From Monocercomonoides exilis PA203 (taxonomy: Eukaryota; Protista; Preaxostyla), in assembly GCA_001643675.2 (NCBI GenBank), contig LSRY02000017.1, positions 558,001-622,000 on the forward strand: 64,000 nucleotides of DNA. The letters are read 5' to 3'. Positions 1 through 11,016 of the stretch are shown here, in pieces. Position 1 is the stretch's first letter. Each line of letters begins with the position of its first letter. The position numbers and the translations under genes are program-made. Below the pieces are notes generated by a model, which saw only the letters and a program-made list of their open reading frames with translations, was not told where the DNA came from and ran no database searches.

Positions 1-3000
1 ACACTTCTGGCCTCAGATCCAGGACAAATTGTGTTTCGTTAATCTGCTCTGCAATCTTCTTGCACTCCACAAATATGTCTCTCCCTTTCCATGCTCCGTT
101 CCCTTTGAACTCACACTTTTTGAACACAAAGTCCAGCGCTCCCTGCCCCTCCGCCTTCATATACACCCCGCCGCCCCTCCCAGCTTTGGGTGAGCACAAG
201 CAGTTCGTGATTTTGTTGTTATTCATCTCATACCGACAGTTCGCCCCTAGCACATACATCATCACTCCCCCCGCCTCTGACATCTCCGACCGGGACATAT
301 CAAACACACTGCTGTTGATCTTCATCACCAGCACACTTGCCGATGTGTCTGTGAACACACTCGACCCGTTGTACCACGACATCACTCGACGGAATGAACT
401 CCCGTTTATTTCCACACTTGGAACCTCGTTGCCTCCTGCCCTTGCCCCAGCTCCATCCGCATAGCTCACAATCCCCTCGTTCGCTGTCACATTCGCCAGA
501 TCCACCCCATTCATCGCACAGCTGCACCCTCCCCACACCTCCACCAGCGCCCTTTCAAAGTTCAGCCCTACTGCTTCAAAGTCAGTCAGCGCCATCAATC
601 CGCCATGTACAGCAACAAACGTCATACCTGAGAAGTGAGCCGAGCTGCTTGCTGCCAACGAGCACCCTTCAACAGTCAGCGACCCACCATGACTCCAAAT
701 CACAACCCCCGACGCATCCTCCAGCGTTCCATCCAGGAACAGATCAACCCCTGTGAACGAGAGGCTCCACCAATTCGCAAACAGCCCCTCGCTCAATCCT
801 GCACCCCCAGGCTTCTGCAGAACAAGCAACGCTCTTGCTGCTTCTCCTGACCCTGAAGGCGCTGCTCCAACCGAGCAGTTCGACAGATCGCATTCATCTT
901 CCACAGCCAAAGAGCCTACAAGATACACTTTTTTTGCTTCTATATTCTCCTCGAGATGACTCAGCCCCTTCCAGAATGTTCGACACGGATCGTCCTCTGA
1001 CCCACACCTCATCACATCGCTTCCTGCACTCGAAACGAAAATCGTACTCGACAAAAACCGAATCAGGAAGCGAAACAGGTCTGTATTCTCAAACTGGCTA
1101 TCTGTACCGGCAAACACATTCCCATCGCTGCTCAGCCCCGAATAGTTAAACTCGAATGCTGCACCTGTGATAGTCGTGTTCAGCGCCTTTGCTTTGACGA
1201 AAAGACTCTTCCCAGCAAAGGCCTTGTTGTTGTCAAACGTCGCATCCTTGAACTTCAGCGGCTGGGTTCCATCAGCCAGCACACTGTCGACAAATAGGAA
1301 CCCTCCTCTCCCTGACGCTTCTGAGCACTTGCACGAGTCCATCACACACCCCTCCACCAGCAGCACCTGCCCCGCTGACAGATGGCATGCCACACACCCG
1401 CCTTCCATGCTGCTCGCTGCTTCCACTCCCATAAACTGGCAGCGAGTGGCCGAAAATCCTGAAGCAATCGCTAGCGGAACTGCACCAAACTTCTGCGGCT
1501 CAAACGAGCACAAGCTCATCCAAACTGTCCCTCCATTCGAATGGATCAGATAATACGTGCATTCTGCATTCATTGTTAAAGAAGAAGAAGAAGAAGGAAA
1601 AACAAAAGAGAAGGAACAGTTAGAGAGAGTCAGCCCTTCTTCTTGTGAAGAAGCAGACTGAAGCAGCCCAGCTTGCCCAGAAGTGAACAAAAGAGGCAGA
1701 GAAAACCCAATCCGCTCAAGCCTCAGATTCCCCTTGTTCAGCAAGACAGCCTCAGACACTCTACCCAAAATGGCTGCGCAAACACCAACCGTGCATTTAC
1801 TCGCTTCATCTGCAGATGCCACCGAAAAGGATGTCAGCTCGTGCCAATGGTCAACCAACGCTTCCGACTTAATTGTCAGGCTCTTGCGCACAGCATCAGT
1901 CTGGATGTTTCTCAGCCCTCTCCACAGCGAACAGCACGGGTAGCTCTCACTTCCACACCCAACCATGTCATATCCGCTTGGAGAGACAACAATCGCAGGC
2001 GCCTCATACTGCACCAGAAACAGATACAGATCGTGTGCAGCCTCTCTGAAGTGGTTCCGGTCGCACCCCATCATGTCTGCTGTTCTCTCGCCCTCGGCTG
2101 TTGCAAGCACCATCGCAAACTTCGACAGATCGACAGTGACATTCAGGTTGTCGCACACAATGAATACATCCCTCCCATATGTTGCTTGATTTCCTCCAAA
2201 TGTTGTGTTCTCAAACAGATAGTTACTGACTAATCCTTCGCGGAAACAAAGATACACCCCTCCACCTTTCCCGCCCGCTGCCCTTGTTCCGCTATTTCTG
2301 ATGGTGCTGTTTGCAACTTTTACTTTCCCTCCTGCAGTCAGGGTACACCTCAGAAACCCTCCTTCCTTTGCCTTCGTTTTGCACTCATCAACAATGCTGT
2401 TCCCTCTCACTTCCACCTTCTCACAATCTGTAATATTAATAAGAGGCTCATTCCCTTCCATCCGCGTCCAGTCTCCCTCCTCAACCACCAAGATCCCTCC
2501 CTTCATCCACACAATTCCCCCTTCCCCAGAAAACGAGATTTCCAAGATGCTCGTCTTTGTCATCTGGAGTGCACCCTCGCTACTCTTCACGATCCACATG
2601 TCTGTGGTGCTCCTTCCTGCTCCGCCTCCTCCAAACACACACTCGTCTACAAACAGCTTTCCCCCTTCGATGCGTATCATCTGTCCAACAAAAGATTCTG
2701 TTGGCAGGCTGAACTGCAGATGCTCCAGCATCAGCGATGCTGAACTATCCCTCTTCGCCAGTACGAAACCTCCGTTGCTTTCCACCTCAAACAACGACCC
2801 ACCCTCCGAAGACTCTCCCCGAATCGTTACAGACTGCCCGTTCCGATCCAGCAACGCATTCAATGTGCACGAGTCAACAATGTGAACTGTCGTCTGATCT
2901 GTTCGCATCTTCCAAAACCCAAACATCAGATCCCCACACGGCTCCACATCATCTCCGCACATCTCGTCGCTGCTCCCACCACTCTTCACATACGCAATGT

Positions 3001-6000
3001 TGATTTTCGGAGGGAACAGATAGTGCAGCACAGAGACACTGATCCCTGGCTCCACCTCCCTGTCCACCACCCATTTGTTCTCCCCTTCCTCCTCCTTCCT
3101 CACCGACCCTTCCCACTGCTGGCTCGTGATCATGTCTCGTGGGTTCTTGCACACCACAAACGCATCCCTCCCCATCTGTGCCTTGTTGCCCTCAAACACA
3201 ACCTGCTTCATCGAGTATCCCACCACGCTCTCTCCCAGCTTCAGATATATGCCCCCGCCTGCTCCTCGTCTTTCGTCCACGCTGCACCCCTTCACTGTGT
3301 TGTTCCCAAATGTCAACGTTCCGCGGTTCTCCACCTCCATCCACATCCCGCCTCCCTCCATCCTCCCTTCCTCTCTGCAAACACACTCCTCAAACGTGGT
3401 GTTTTGCACGCTTGTCGCTTTCCCTCCTCCTGTTCTCCCCAAAACCGCTCCTCCACTCCCCTTCTGCCTTTCGATCCTCGCTAGCGTCGTGCTCCTCACA
3501 TTCAACGTTGCTCCTCCCAACACCTCTATTACACTGCTTGTCTTTTCGATCGTTCCGTCAACTACTGAGTTACTTATCTCCAGCGAAGCACCATCTGACA
3601 CCTTCACCGCAGAATTCGTCGATTCGATGGTGATGTCAGTCCAGTTCAGCTCCTCACAAATGCAGCTCGATCCACTTCCTTTTATCTCAAATGCTGCCCG
3701 CGTGCTGAATGTCAGCCCGTTCAGCTCCAGCTTCTGCATCTTCAGACACCCTTTCACCACCACAGCAAGAGCCATCACAAATGTGCCTCCCTCTGTCCCA
3801 AATCCACATTCTGCAAGCACCAGCTCCATGTCGTTGCACCGAAGCACCGATTCCAGAGGAACGCTCATCCTCTGTGGCATAACGAAGCACATCCCACAGA
3901 ACAAGCAGTCTTTGCTCGAACTAATGATGCTCTCACCTGCACCCCTGATATCTTCGCTTATCCTCACTTGCATCCCCGCTTGCTCTGCTGAAAAGGCAAT
4001 TGGATGTTCATCGATCGCTATTGCATGGTAAATCACAAACGATTCAGTCAGGCATAATTCCCCTGCTCTGTTCCCAAACCGAAGCGGAAGCACATATTCG
4101 ATGGAGGAGCAGGGATTGCTCTGATGACCACACCCTGTGTAATCGTGGCCTCCTACCCCTGCCACATATGCAGGTGGTGTGAATGTGAGAAGATACGAAA
4201 CAAGCGGAATCTCCAACCCATCATTCGTTGTTGACCGCTCATACCCTTCTGCCAACCCTGCTTCCACTGCTCCATCGTCAAGCTCAATCAGGTCTTTCCG
4301 AACAATCGCTGAGAGATCGTCTCCCTTCACAAATATGTTCGATCCATGCACTGCCACACATCTCGAGAACACTGCTCCGCGGATTTCGATATCTGGTACA
4401 GCCCTTTCTTCAGCCTCCAAATACATACCCCCGCCAAGCCCGCCTGATCCTCCCCCTGCTTGCGAGGTGCAGCCAGCAAACGAACTTCCACTACCCTCGT
4501 CCCTTGTTCGCACCATCCGGAACAAAGACCCTCCCTGCATCCTCACCGCAACCCCACCCCCATTCCCACTCCTCGAGCTGCACCCGCTCACCTCCCCTCC
4601 TTCAATCTCCACCCTTTTCCCTGTCCCAACCACCCCTTCAATCCCTCCTCCACTTCCACTTTGCCTTCCTGCACCACACACACTCGTGTTCGCCACACTC
4701 ACCATGCACTCCGAAGAAAACCTGATCGCTGCTCTCGAGCTCAGCCACAAAGGCCCCATTCTCGTCCTTTCGATGCGTGTGCTCCCACCCTCCAGCACAA
4801 TCAGCGACTCCTCAAGCGCATTTTCTGCTGCGTTTGTCCCATCCACACAGATGCTGCATCCTTCCAGAACAAGCGTTCCTGTTGATGTCAGCCTGAAAAG
4901 CGAGCAGGCCTTCGACGATCTGGTTGTTTCGTGCAAAAAGTCAAACAAGGCGACTTTCAGCAATCCTGTTGAGACAGAAAACAGCGAGCCTGAAGAAATG
5001 GACGAAGCAACGGTCACTGTTCCGCCTCCTGTGTTTCCAAACTCGATCCTGGCAGAATCTACAGAATAGCTGCCTTCAACATATGTCGACGGATCAACCA
5101 AGATGGCAATCTGTGTGCTTTTCGAAATGTCAATCACATTCTTTGTAAATGAGATTGTCTTGCATTTCCTCTCGTTCATGCCGCAAGCCCTGTGGTCAAT
5201 CCCTTCCTCTGCATTCACTTTTATCTCCTCAAAGAACCCAAACACCATCCAGCCACTCACATCGCTTGAATCATTCACAATCCTCCAAGCTCTGTCTGTC
5301 ATTGTTCGGCATTCAACAAGCGATTCATTTGTTATTATCTGCATCCATTTATCCAAAATACAGATGTCATGGCCTCCGTTTTCTGCACTATTGTTTTCAA
5401 AATAGCAATATTTGATGAATGAGGGGAGCATTGATTTATTTCCATAATCGTTTGAAAACAGTATTGCCCCTCCTTTTTGGTTTGATGAACACGATGAAAA
5501 TGAGCAATCTGTTATCAAATTTGACCCTGCATCGCCAAACCACAACGCCCCACCTCCATAATAATTAGTGGTGGCTGAATCAGAACAATTTTGTAAAATG
5601 CATGAAAATAATTTAAGTTGAGTTCCTCTGTTAACATGTATCGCTCCTCCATCACGACATGCAGTAGAATTTTCAAAGATGCATTTTTCAATAATAACTT
5701 TTTCAGCAACATCTAATTCAACTGATCCTCCACAGCCATCCACCGAATTGTTTAAAAAGCAAGTGCTTGTAACAACTGAATGCCTAACTGAGCTCAATTG
5801 AAATGTTCCTTTCTGACAATTGGTGAAAGAGCAGTTTTTCATTGACAGGTTTAATGCATTTCTCACAAAAAGTGCTTTGTAACTGTTAACGGTAAACAAG
5901 CAATCTTCAAATAGGACTGTTTCATTTGATGTAATATTTTGTGGATCTGTGTATGTGTGAGCGAACAAGGCTGGACGATAGTGGGAAAATGAACAGTTTC

Positions 6001-6757
6001 GTGCTGAAAAACTGGAAAACGAATGTAATCCATTTGTTATTCCTCCATCAAATGGTGCTGATACTTCATCAAAAACACAACTCTGCATCGTTGTACATAC
6101 TGCCGTTGAATTGCAGGTACTGCTTATGAAAGAACGCGAAGTGACATTGCAGAAGCTGCACACGTCCAAATATACACTTCGCATCATGCAGCTTCCCACA
6201 AGCGGCGCTGTTGGTGAAAACGTGAAGGAAGAGAACGAACACTGGGTTGCAAAAATGGAACTCTGAATGTCTGATGCCTCGTGAGCATGCGCGGATGCAA
6301 CGAAGATTGGGATGTGATTTGTCGCTGGCGAAAGCGAAAGGCTCATGTTCCACAGACAAAATTTTCCTCCATGAGAAACGAATAACGATGACGGTGTACA
6401 TGCTGAAGGTTCAATTGCTGAAGAAGAAATAAACAACATGGAACTGTGTTGTAACGTTGATATTTCTTTCGCTGATGCAGCCCTAAATGTTGAGTATTTC
6501 AGTTCTACTGAAGAATTACTGATTTTGAATGTCGAAAGGACAGTTGTTTCTTCAAAAAAATGAGTTAAGCTGTCTAGTGGAGTAATGATTGTCTCACATT
6601 TACCTGCACAATCTGTTTGATTTGTTTTTTTTCTTTCAAACAACTCATTCAAATCTGGACAATTTTCAAATTTCATCACTTCTTCTGTTTGCATCAACTG
6701 ATAATCAAATACAAAACATATTGTAATAAGTTTTGAAATGAGTGAAATGAAGTTCAT
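1..6757 (-). CDS. Giant (>2,250 aa, 3' end outside the window) predicted secreted/surface protein with parallel beta-helix-like (GGAI/GGGIY) repeats and repeated CG-x4-PC modules
   Basis: ATG at 6757 (MNFISLISKLITICFVF, signal-peptide-like). One frame stays open to position 2. The ORF track lists no minus ORF in this frame, and its long plus ORFs (60, 1167, 2301, 3075, 4179) are all antisense shadows in one register. Motifs read directly: DGGAIHV, GRGGGVYM, GRDIFVEC, GHDYTGCGHQSNPC, SDEMCGDDVEPC, GYDMVGCGSESYPC, SDVMRCGSEDDPC. Confidence 0.85.
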   Translation of the reverse strand, partial: MNFISLISKLITICFVFDYQLMQTEEVMKFENCPDLNELFERKKTNQTDCAGKCETIITPLDSLTHFFEETTVLSTFKISNSSVELKYSTFRAASAKEISTLQHSSMLFISSSAIEPSACTPSSLFVSHGGKFCLWNMSLSLSPATNHIPIFVASAHAHEASDIQSSIFATQCSFSSFTFSPTAPLVGSCMMRSVYLDVCSFCNVTSRSFISSTCNSTAVCTTMQSCVFDEVSAPFDGGITNGLHSFSSFSARNCSFSHYRPALFAHTYTDPQNITSNETVLFEDCLFTVNSYKALFVRNALNLSMKNCSFTNCQKGTFQLSSVRHSVVTSTCFLNNSVDGCGGSVELDVAEKVIIEKCIFENSTACRDGGAIHVNRGTQLKLFSCILQNCSDSATTNYYGGGALWFGDAGSNLITDCSFSSCSSNQKGGAILFSNDYGNKSMLPSFIKYCYFENNSAENGGHDICILDKWMQIITNESLVECRTMTDRAWRIVNDSSDVSGWMVFGFFEEIKVNAEEGIDHRACGMNERKCKTISFTKNVIDISKSTQIAILVDPSTYVEGSYSVDSARIEFGNTGGGTVTVASSISSGSLFSVSTGLLKVALFDFLHETTRSSKACSLFRLTSTGTLVLEGCSICVDGTNAAENALEESLIVLEGGSTRIERTRMGPLWLSSRAAIRFSSECMVSVANTSVCGAGRQSGSGGGIEGVVGTGKRVEIEGGEVSGCSSRSGNGGGVAVRMQGGSLFRMVRTRDEGSGSSFAGCTSQAGGGSGGLGGGMYLEAEERAVPDIEIRGAVFSRCVAVHGSNIFVKGDDLSAIVRKDLIELDDGAVEAGLAEGYERSTTNDGLEIPLVSYLLTFTPPAYVAGVGGHDYTGCGHQSNPCSSIEYVLPLRFGNRAGELCLTESFVIYHAIAIDEHPIAFSAEQAGMQVRISEDIRGAGESIISSSKDCLFCGMCFVMPQRMSVPLESVLRCNDMELVLAECGFGTEGGTFVMALAVVVKGCLKMQKLELNGLTFSTRAAFEIKGSGSSCICEELNWTDITIESTNSAVKVSDGASLEISNSVVDGTIEKTSSVIEVLGGATLNVRSTTLARIERQKGSGGAVLGRTGGGKATSVQNTTFEECVCREEGRMEGGGMWMEVENRGTLTFGNNTVKGCSVDERRGAGGGIYLKLGESVVGYSMKQVVFEGNKAQMGRDAFVVCKNPRDMITSQQWEGSVRKEEEGENKWVVDREVEPGISVSVLHYLFPPKINIAYVKSGGSSDEMCGDDVEPCGDLMFGFWKMRTDQTTVHIVDSCTLNALLDRNGQSVTIRGESSEGGSLFEVESNGGFVLAKRDSSASLMLEHLQFSLPTESFVGQMIRIEGGKLFVDECVFGGGGAGRSTTDMWIVKSSEGALQMTKTSILEISFSGEGGIVWMKGGILVVEEGDWTRMEGNEPLINITDCEKVEVRGNSIVDECKTKAKEGGFLRCTLTAGGKVKVANSTIRNSGTRAAGGKGGGVYLCFREGLVSNYLFENTTFGGNQATYGRDVFIVCDNLNVTVDLSKFAMVLATAEGERTADMMGCDRNHFREAAHDLYLFLVQYEAPAIVVSPSGYDMVGCGSESYPCCSLWRGLRNIQTDAVRKSLTIKSEALVDHWHELTSFSVASADEASKCTVGVCAAILGRVSEAVLLNKGNLRLERIGFSLPLLFTSGQAGLLQSASSQEEGLTLSNCSFSFVFPSSSSSLTMNAECTYYLIHSNGGTVWMSLCSFEPQKFGAVPLAIASGFSATRCQFMGVEAASSMEGGCVACHLSAGQVLLVEGCVMDSCKCSEASGRGGFLFVDSVLADGTQPLKFKDATFDNNKAFAGKSLFVKAKALNTTITGAAFEFNYSGLSSDGNVFAGTDSQFENTDLFRFLIRFLSSTIFVSSAGSDVMRCGSEDDPCRTFWKGLSHLEENIEAKKVYLVGSLAVEDECDLSNCSVGAAPSGSGEAARALLVLQKPGGAGLSEGLFANWWSLSFTGVDLFLDGTLEDASGVVIWSHGGSLTVEGCSLAASSSAHFSGMTFVAVHGGLMALTDFEAVGLNFERALVEVWGGCSCAMNGVDLANVTANEGIVSYADGAGARAGGNEVPSVEINGSSFRRVMSWYNGSSVFTDTSASVLVMKINSSVFDMSRSEMSEAGGVMMYVLGANCRYEMNNNKITNCLCSPKAGRGGGVYMKAEGQGALDFVFKKCEFKGNGAWKGRDIFVECKKIAEQINETQFVLDLRPEV

Positions 6758-7656
6758 TTTCTGTGTGAAAATGAAATGCTGCAATGAACTTTTTCGATAA
6801 ATGGGAATAATTCGATAAAACGAAAAGCAACAATTGGTACTTTTGTGTACGGTTTTTAACAGTCCAATGAAGTTACAGTTTTCAATGAGAACAATGCTTT
6901 TTTATAGAAAATTTTTTTGTCGAATTCCCATTTTTTCCATATTTTTTCAAACATTTTTCAAAACTTCTTTTTCAAATCCTGTTTGAAAATTTTTCTAAAA
7001 ATTTGATATTAATTTGAATGAATAGGCATACAATAATTGAACGAGATAAAAAACATTATTTGTTTGCGAGATATAATCAGAATAACTGAACTTTGGGTTT
7101 GATCAAGATTCTGTAATCAGTTTGCTATTTTGAACATTTTGAAATATTCAGTTGATATTATTTTATCTGTCTATTTATTTTTTAAAGTATATTTCTATTT
7201 TATTTGAAAAAAAAACATTTGGGATAGGATTCTTGTGTTTGTGAAAAAGTCAACTATGTTCTTTGCACTTTTTCTGCTTTTAAATAATTAAAATTCTGAC
7301 ATTCTTGTGCATATATATATATATAGAAAATTTGAAAAGTTAAGAAAAATCTCTGAAAGCACTGTAAAGAACAGAATTCATAAAGATAAAAATTCAGTCA
7401 TATTTTCTGTTTCTGTTTTGTGATTTTGAAAACAAGCGGCATCAATTTTTCCAGATCTCTATGGAAACATTTGTCAAATAATCATCATAGAAAATTTTAC
7501 AGAAAAAATTAACCTTGTAATCTTCGAGTTTTTAAAAATAACGCATGTTATATTGTATTTCTTAAAAAAAAAAGGAAATGTTAAATTAGAAGTGAAAAAG
7601 TAAATTCCAATTTTCAGTTTTGATTTGTTAAAAGAATACCATCAATCCCAAGAAAT

Positions 7657-10600
7657 TCATTCTCCGCCAAAGGAAGAGCGGCGCCGTGGAGTATCAATGG
7701 CAGATAAAGGCGAATCGGTTTCGTCCTGTGAAAAGATATTACTTTCGTCCTCTGTTGCATCCACATTGAGATGATCTGTTTGCTCTTCCTCGTTTTCTCC
7801 CGTGTCATTTTCATTATCCGAATTATTATCCTCAGCTTCAGGCACCTCTGGTTCTTGTCTTTTTTTCCGCAATAATTTTAATACATACACAGAAAAGTAG
7901 AGCGAAAGAAGGCAGAGGACGACGGTGTCCCAAGAGAGGTGATATAGACGAGGATGGTGAATGTGAGTCAGCAAGCGAAGTGGAGACGAAAGATAGTACT
8001 CGCACATAATAAAACACATAATTTTGATGAGCAAGCGAGGCATCTTGCTGCGAGCAGACGCCATCTGCAGCAGCCGAACCACAACTTCCCGCCGCACTTT
8101 CAGCTCGTCCTCTGAATATGATGGACGATAAAAGAGCGAAAGGAAAGAGCGGATGGGTCCTTCTTTCAAAGTGCTCGATATTTGAGGTGAAGAATATTTG
8201 GACATCTTTTTCACTTCTCCAAGGAAGTCATCCGAAGGCAAAGTTATGATAGACAGCATGTCTGGCTGATCAACATCGAACTGAAGAAGATGCGCTGCTA
8301 AATACTCTCGCTCTTGTTCTTCAGTCATCACAGTAATATTCAGCAATTCATCTTCCTTCTTACTCTGCGCAGCCTCCGTCGCATTGGTTTCGTTCACCTG
8401 CTCTGCCCTCTGTCTTTCCAGCTTCCGCTGAGCTCGCGCCTTTTCTCTGCGCTCTTTTATCTGCTGCCTCTTCCACTCTGGATCAAACGGCGTTGACAAG
8501 ACATCCGCTCCTCCCTTCACGCCAAGCTCCCCTCGTGCCACCATCAGAGCCAGCTTGAACAGCGCATCACTCTCAGTCGTTGAATGCGCACGTTGCTTTC
8601 CATATCCTCGTGGGTCGCCATCGATTGAATGTATTGTTGGTGACAAAAGCCAGTGCGTCAGCGAGCGAACCCAGTTCATCGGCGAAGGCGACGTGATTCC
8701 TTTCGGGTAGCGGATCATATACTCCTTCGGTCTTTGGGGCATGGCTATTGTTTGAGTGAATGCATTGTACTGAAGCCCAACCTGTGCATACAGAAACCCA
8801 GCGTGACGATAAAGCCCGAGCGAATACAGATAATCTCCGAGAAGCAGCAGTGCGACTGGAGAGCCGAGCTGCGAGGCAGAGAAGAGATAGTCGATCGCCC
8901 TCATGCCGCCAAAGCAGGGCATGTTGCCTCCTTCGGAGCGCAGGCATATCTCGCCCATCATCGTCAGCGCATCCATGTCGCCCATGTCAGCCAGCTCCGC
9001 ACAGTCAATGAAGCTTTGCCACGCTTCCTTCGCCTCTGCACTGAATGTCTCATTCAGCAGTTTTTCTCCTCTCTTTTCCAGCATCTTCTGGTTCTTCACC
9101 ATCTTCGCCTTTTTCGCTCGGACTTCTTTGCACCATTTTTCCTTCTCTGCTGATTTCTTTTCTTTTTGACTTGAAGAATCTGCTTGTTCGTTGCCCAGCG
9201 GCATATCCACAACTTCGTCTGCTTCGTTGCTATCGCTTCCAGTTTCTGCGTTTTGCCCTGTTTCTCGTTTCACTCTCTCATATTCTGCCTCTGAGCAGTC
9301 CACATCCGCAGCCCACTCGTCTTCCTGCTCCTGCATGCTGTTCAGCTTCTGCCTTCTGATCCACTCCTGCTGCGCATCGTTGTGCTTTCTAATCAATCCG
9401 AGCTCGTATGCATGCGCTGCCCCAATGATGGCCTGGGAAACACGCTCGTTCAGCTGTGGTGAGGCTTCTGTGATTGTCTTCAGGAGATTAACAGCTTTTA
9501 TGCACAAGTAATCCCCGCTGTCAAACCATTTCTCGCCTGGCTCTTTCACTGAGTATATCGGCATCGACGTGTATGTGTGTCCCTGAATTTTCTGTGTTCG
9601 CATTGCCCGCTTTTGGAGCAGCAGATTTGCATAGTGGAGCCTGGCCGTCAAGTGGCCCTTGCGCTGTGCTGTTTCCAAATATGCCTCGGCGTGTGCAAGA
9701 GACTGCTTTGTGTGTGGCATCGCTGTAAGCTGCAAAAGTCCGTTGAGATACATGCAGTAAAGGTCATGTTTAGCCGTTCCTTCGTTTGCGTATTCTTCTG
9801 CTTTCTGGGTATCGCCTTCGAGCATCGAGATAAATGCCAACCCTGCTGTTGATAGCAAATCGCCCATTGCATGACCAGCTATGAAGTGAGCTCGCGCATT
9901 CTCTATGCTCACGGGTGTCCCCAATCCATAGAGATGATACAAACCAAGATAACCCCTTGACTCTTTTGTATCCAATTTTAGGCTATTCATTTCTTCGAAA
10001 GCAGAATCGGGGTTAGAAAGATACATTGTCATACTATACATTTGCTTCCATTCATTTGTGCTTCGAGCGCTATAAGACAATAATGCACTCAAAGCCGTCA
10101 TATGCTTTAGATATCTGTTTCTTTCATTTAAGTGTGCAGAAGCATTCAAGCATATTCCATCATTTCTTCCTTCAATGCAAGGTGGTACTACAAAAACCCA
10201 TGCGGTTTCTGTTTCTGGTGAGAAAAATATATGCACAAGATCTTTTAATACTTTTTCAGCAACTTCTGAATACAGCTGTGCAGAAAAAGGGCAATCTTGC
10301 ATTGGTCCTCCAATACTTTCACTAAGCAGAGAACGATAGTGATGAGCAAGAGCCAACTTTGCATCAACACTATACTTAGCTGCAAAATGATTGTAAGTTA
10401 ATGCCTTTGAAAATAATTCAATTATTGAACCCAAAAGGAAAAACGCTTGTCAAAATACCTTTCCCCAATCAATTGAAGCAGAATTTCTCTGATATCCGTT
10501 TGCAAATCCAAGACCAGTGCTATGGAAAAAAGCCGATTTTCTTTGTGCTGGCACATAACCAGAAGCAGCCAATGCTTCAAATATTTTCAAAGGTGCTGTA

Positions 10601-10816
10601 TAATCCGCATTTGGTGAATTCTTCAATTTAGAAGTTCAATAAATGATAAAACGTATAAATAGAAATGTTATTTTTAACAGATTAAACATTGACAAAAATC
10701 CACACCATCATTTTTGAAGCATTGCTAAATAAACTATTAGGATCATCCAAATCTTGAACAACAATAAATGCTTCCAATTCTTTTAATATTATGAGAAGTG
10801 TAAAAATTGGATTCAT
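7657..10816 (-). CDS. SEL1L: SEL1L/Hrd3-like ERAD adaptor (SEL1-like repeats, C-terminal TM helix), ~1,006 aa; exons 10816-10706, 10620-10459, 10404-7657
   Basis: Spliced N-terminus is signal-peptide-like. KALTYNHFAAKYSVDAKLALAHHY...QDCPFSAQLYSEVAEKV resembles the first SEL1L repeat cluster. It also has SLR motifs (YLGLYHLYGLGTPVSIENARAHF) and a C-terminal WDTVVLCLLSLYFSVYVL TM helix followed by basic residues. Two GT-AG introns keep the frame. Confidence 0.8.
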
Positions 10817-11016
10817 ATTTATAATTTTATATTTCTCGATAAATATGCAAATTACAAAATTTTGAATGATCGATCCATTATTTTATGTTTCTGTTTCCTA
10901 TTTATATGGAATAGTTATTTTCCATTGTAACATTATTAATTAAAACATTTGTGTAATTATCAGTGAAAACCACAAATCCATAACAAAAGAAAAACAAGAT
11001 CACTCATTTTGTATTT
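10817..11016. promoter_or_regulatory. Putative bidirectional promoter between SEL1L and RFC5
   Basis: 200-bp AT-rich gap between two head-to-head start codons. Confidence 0.55.

Noticed and set aside
60-5415. Long plus-strand ORFs (up to 318 aa) rich in P/S/T
   Set aside because: Antisense shadows, largely in one register, of the real minus-strand gene (YMPPP mirrors GGGIY).
6798-6933. Imperfect inverted repeat (AAATGGGAATAATTCGA / TCGAATTCCCATTT) upstream of the surface-protein gene
   Set aside because: Short, needs a 3-nt gap, AT-rich and has no TSD; not enough for a MITE call.
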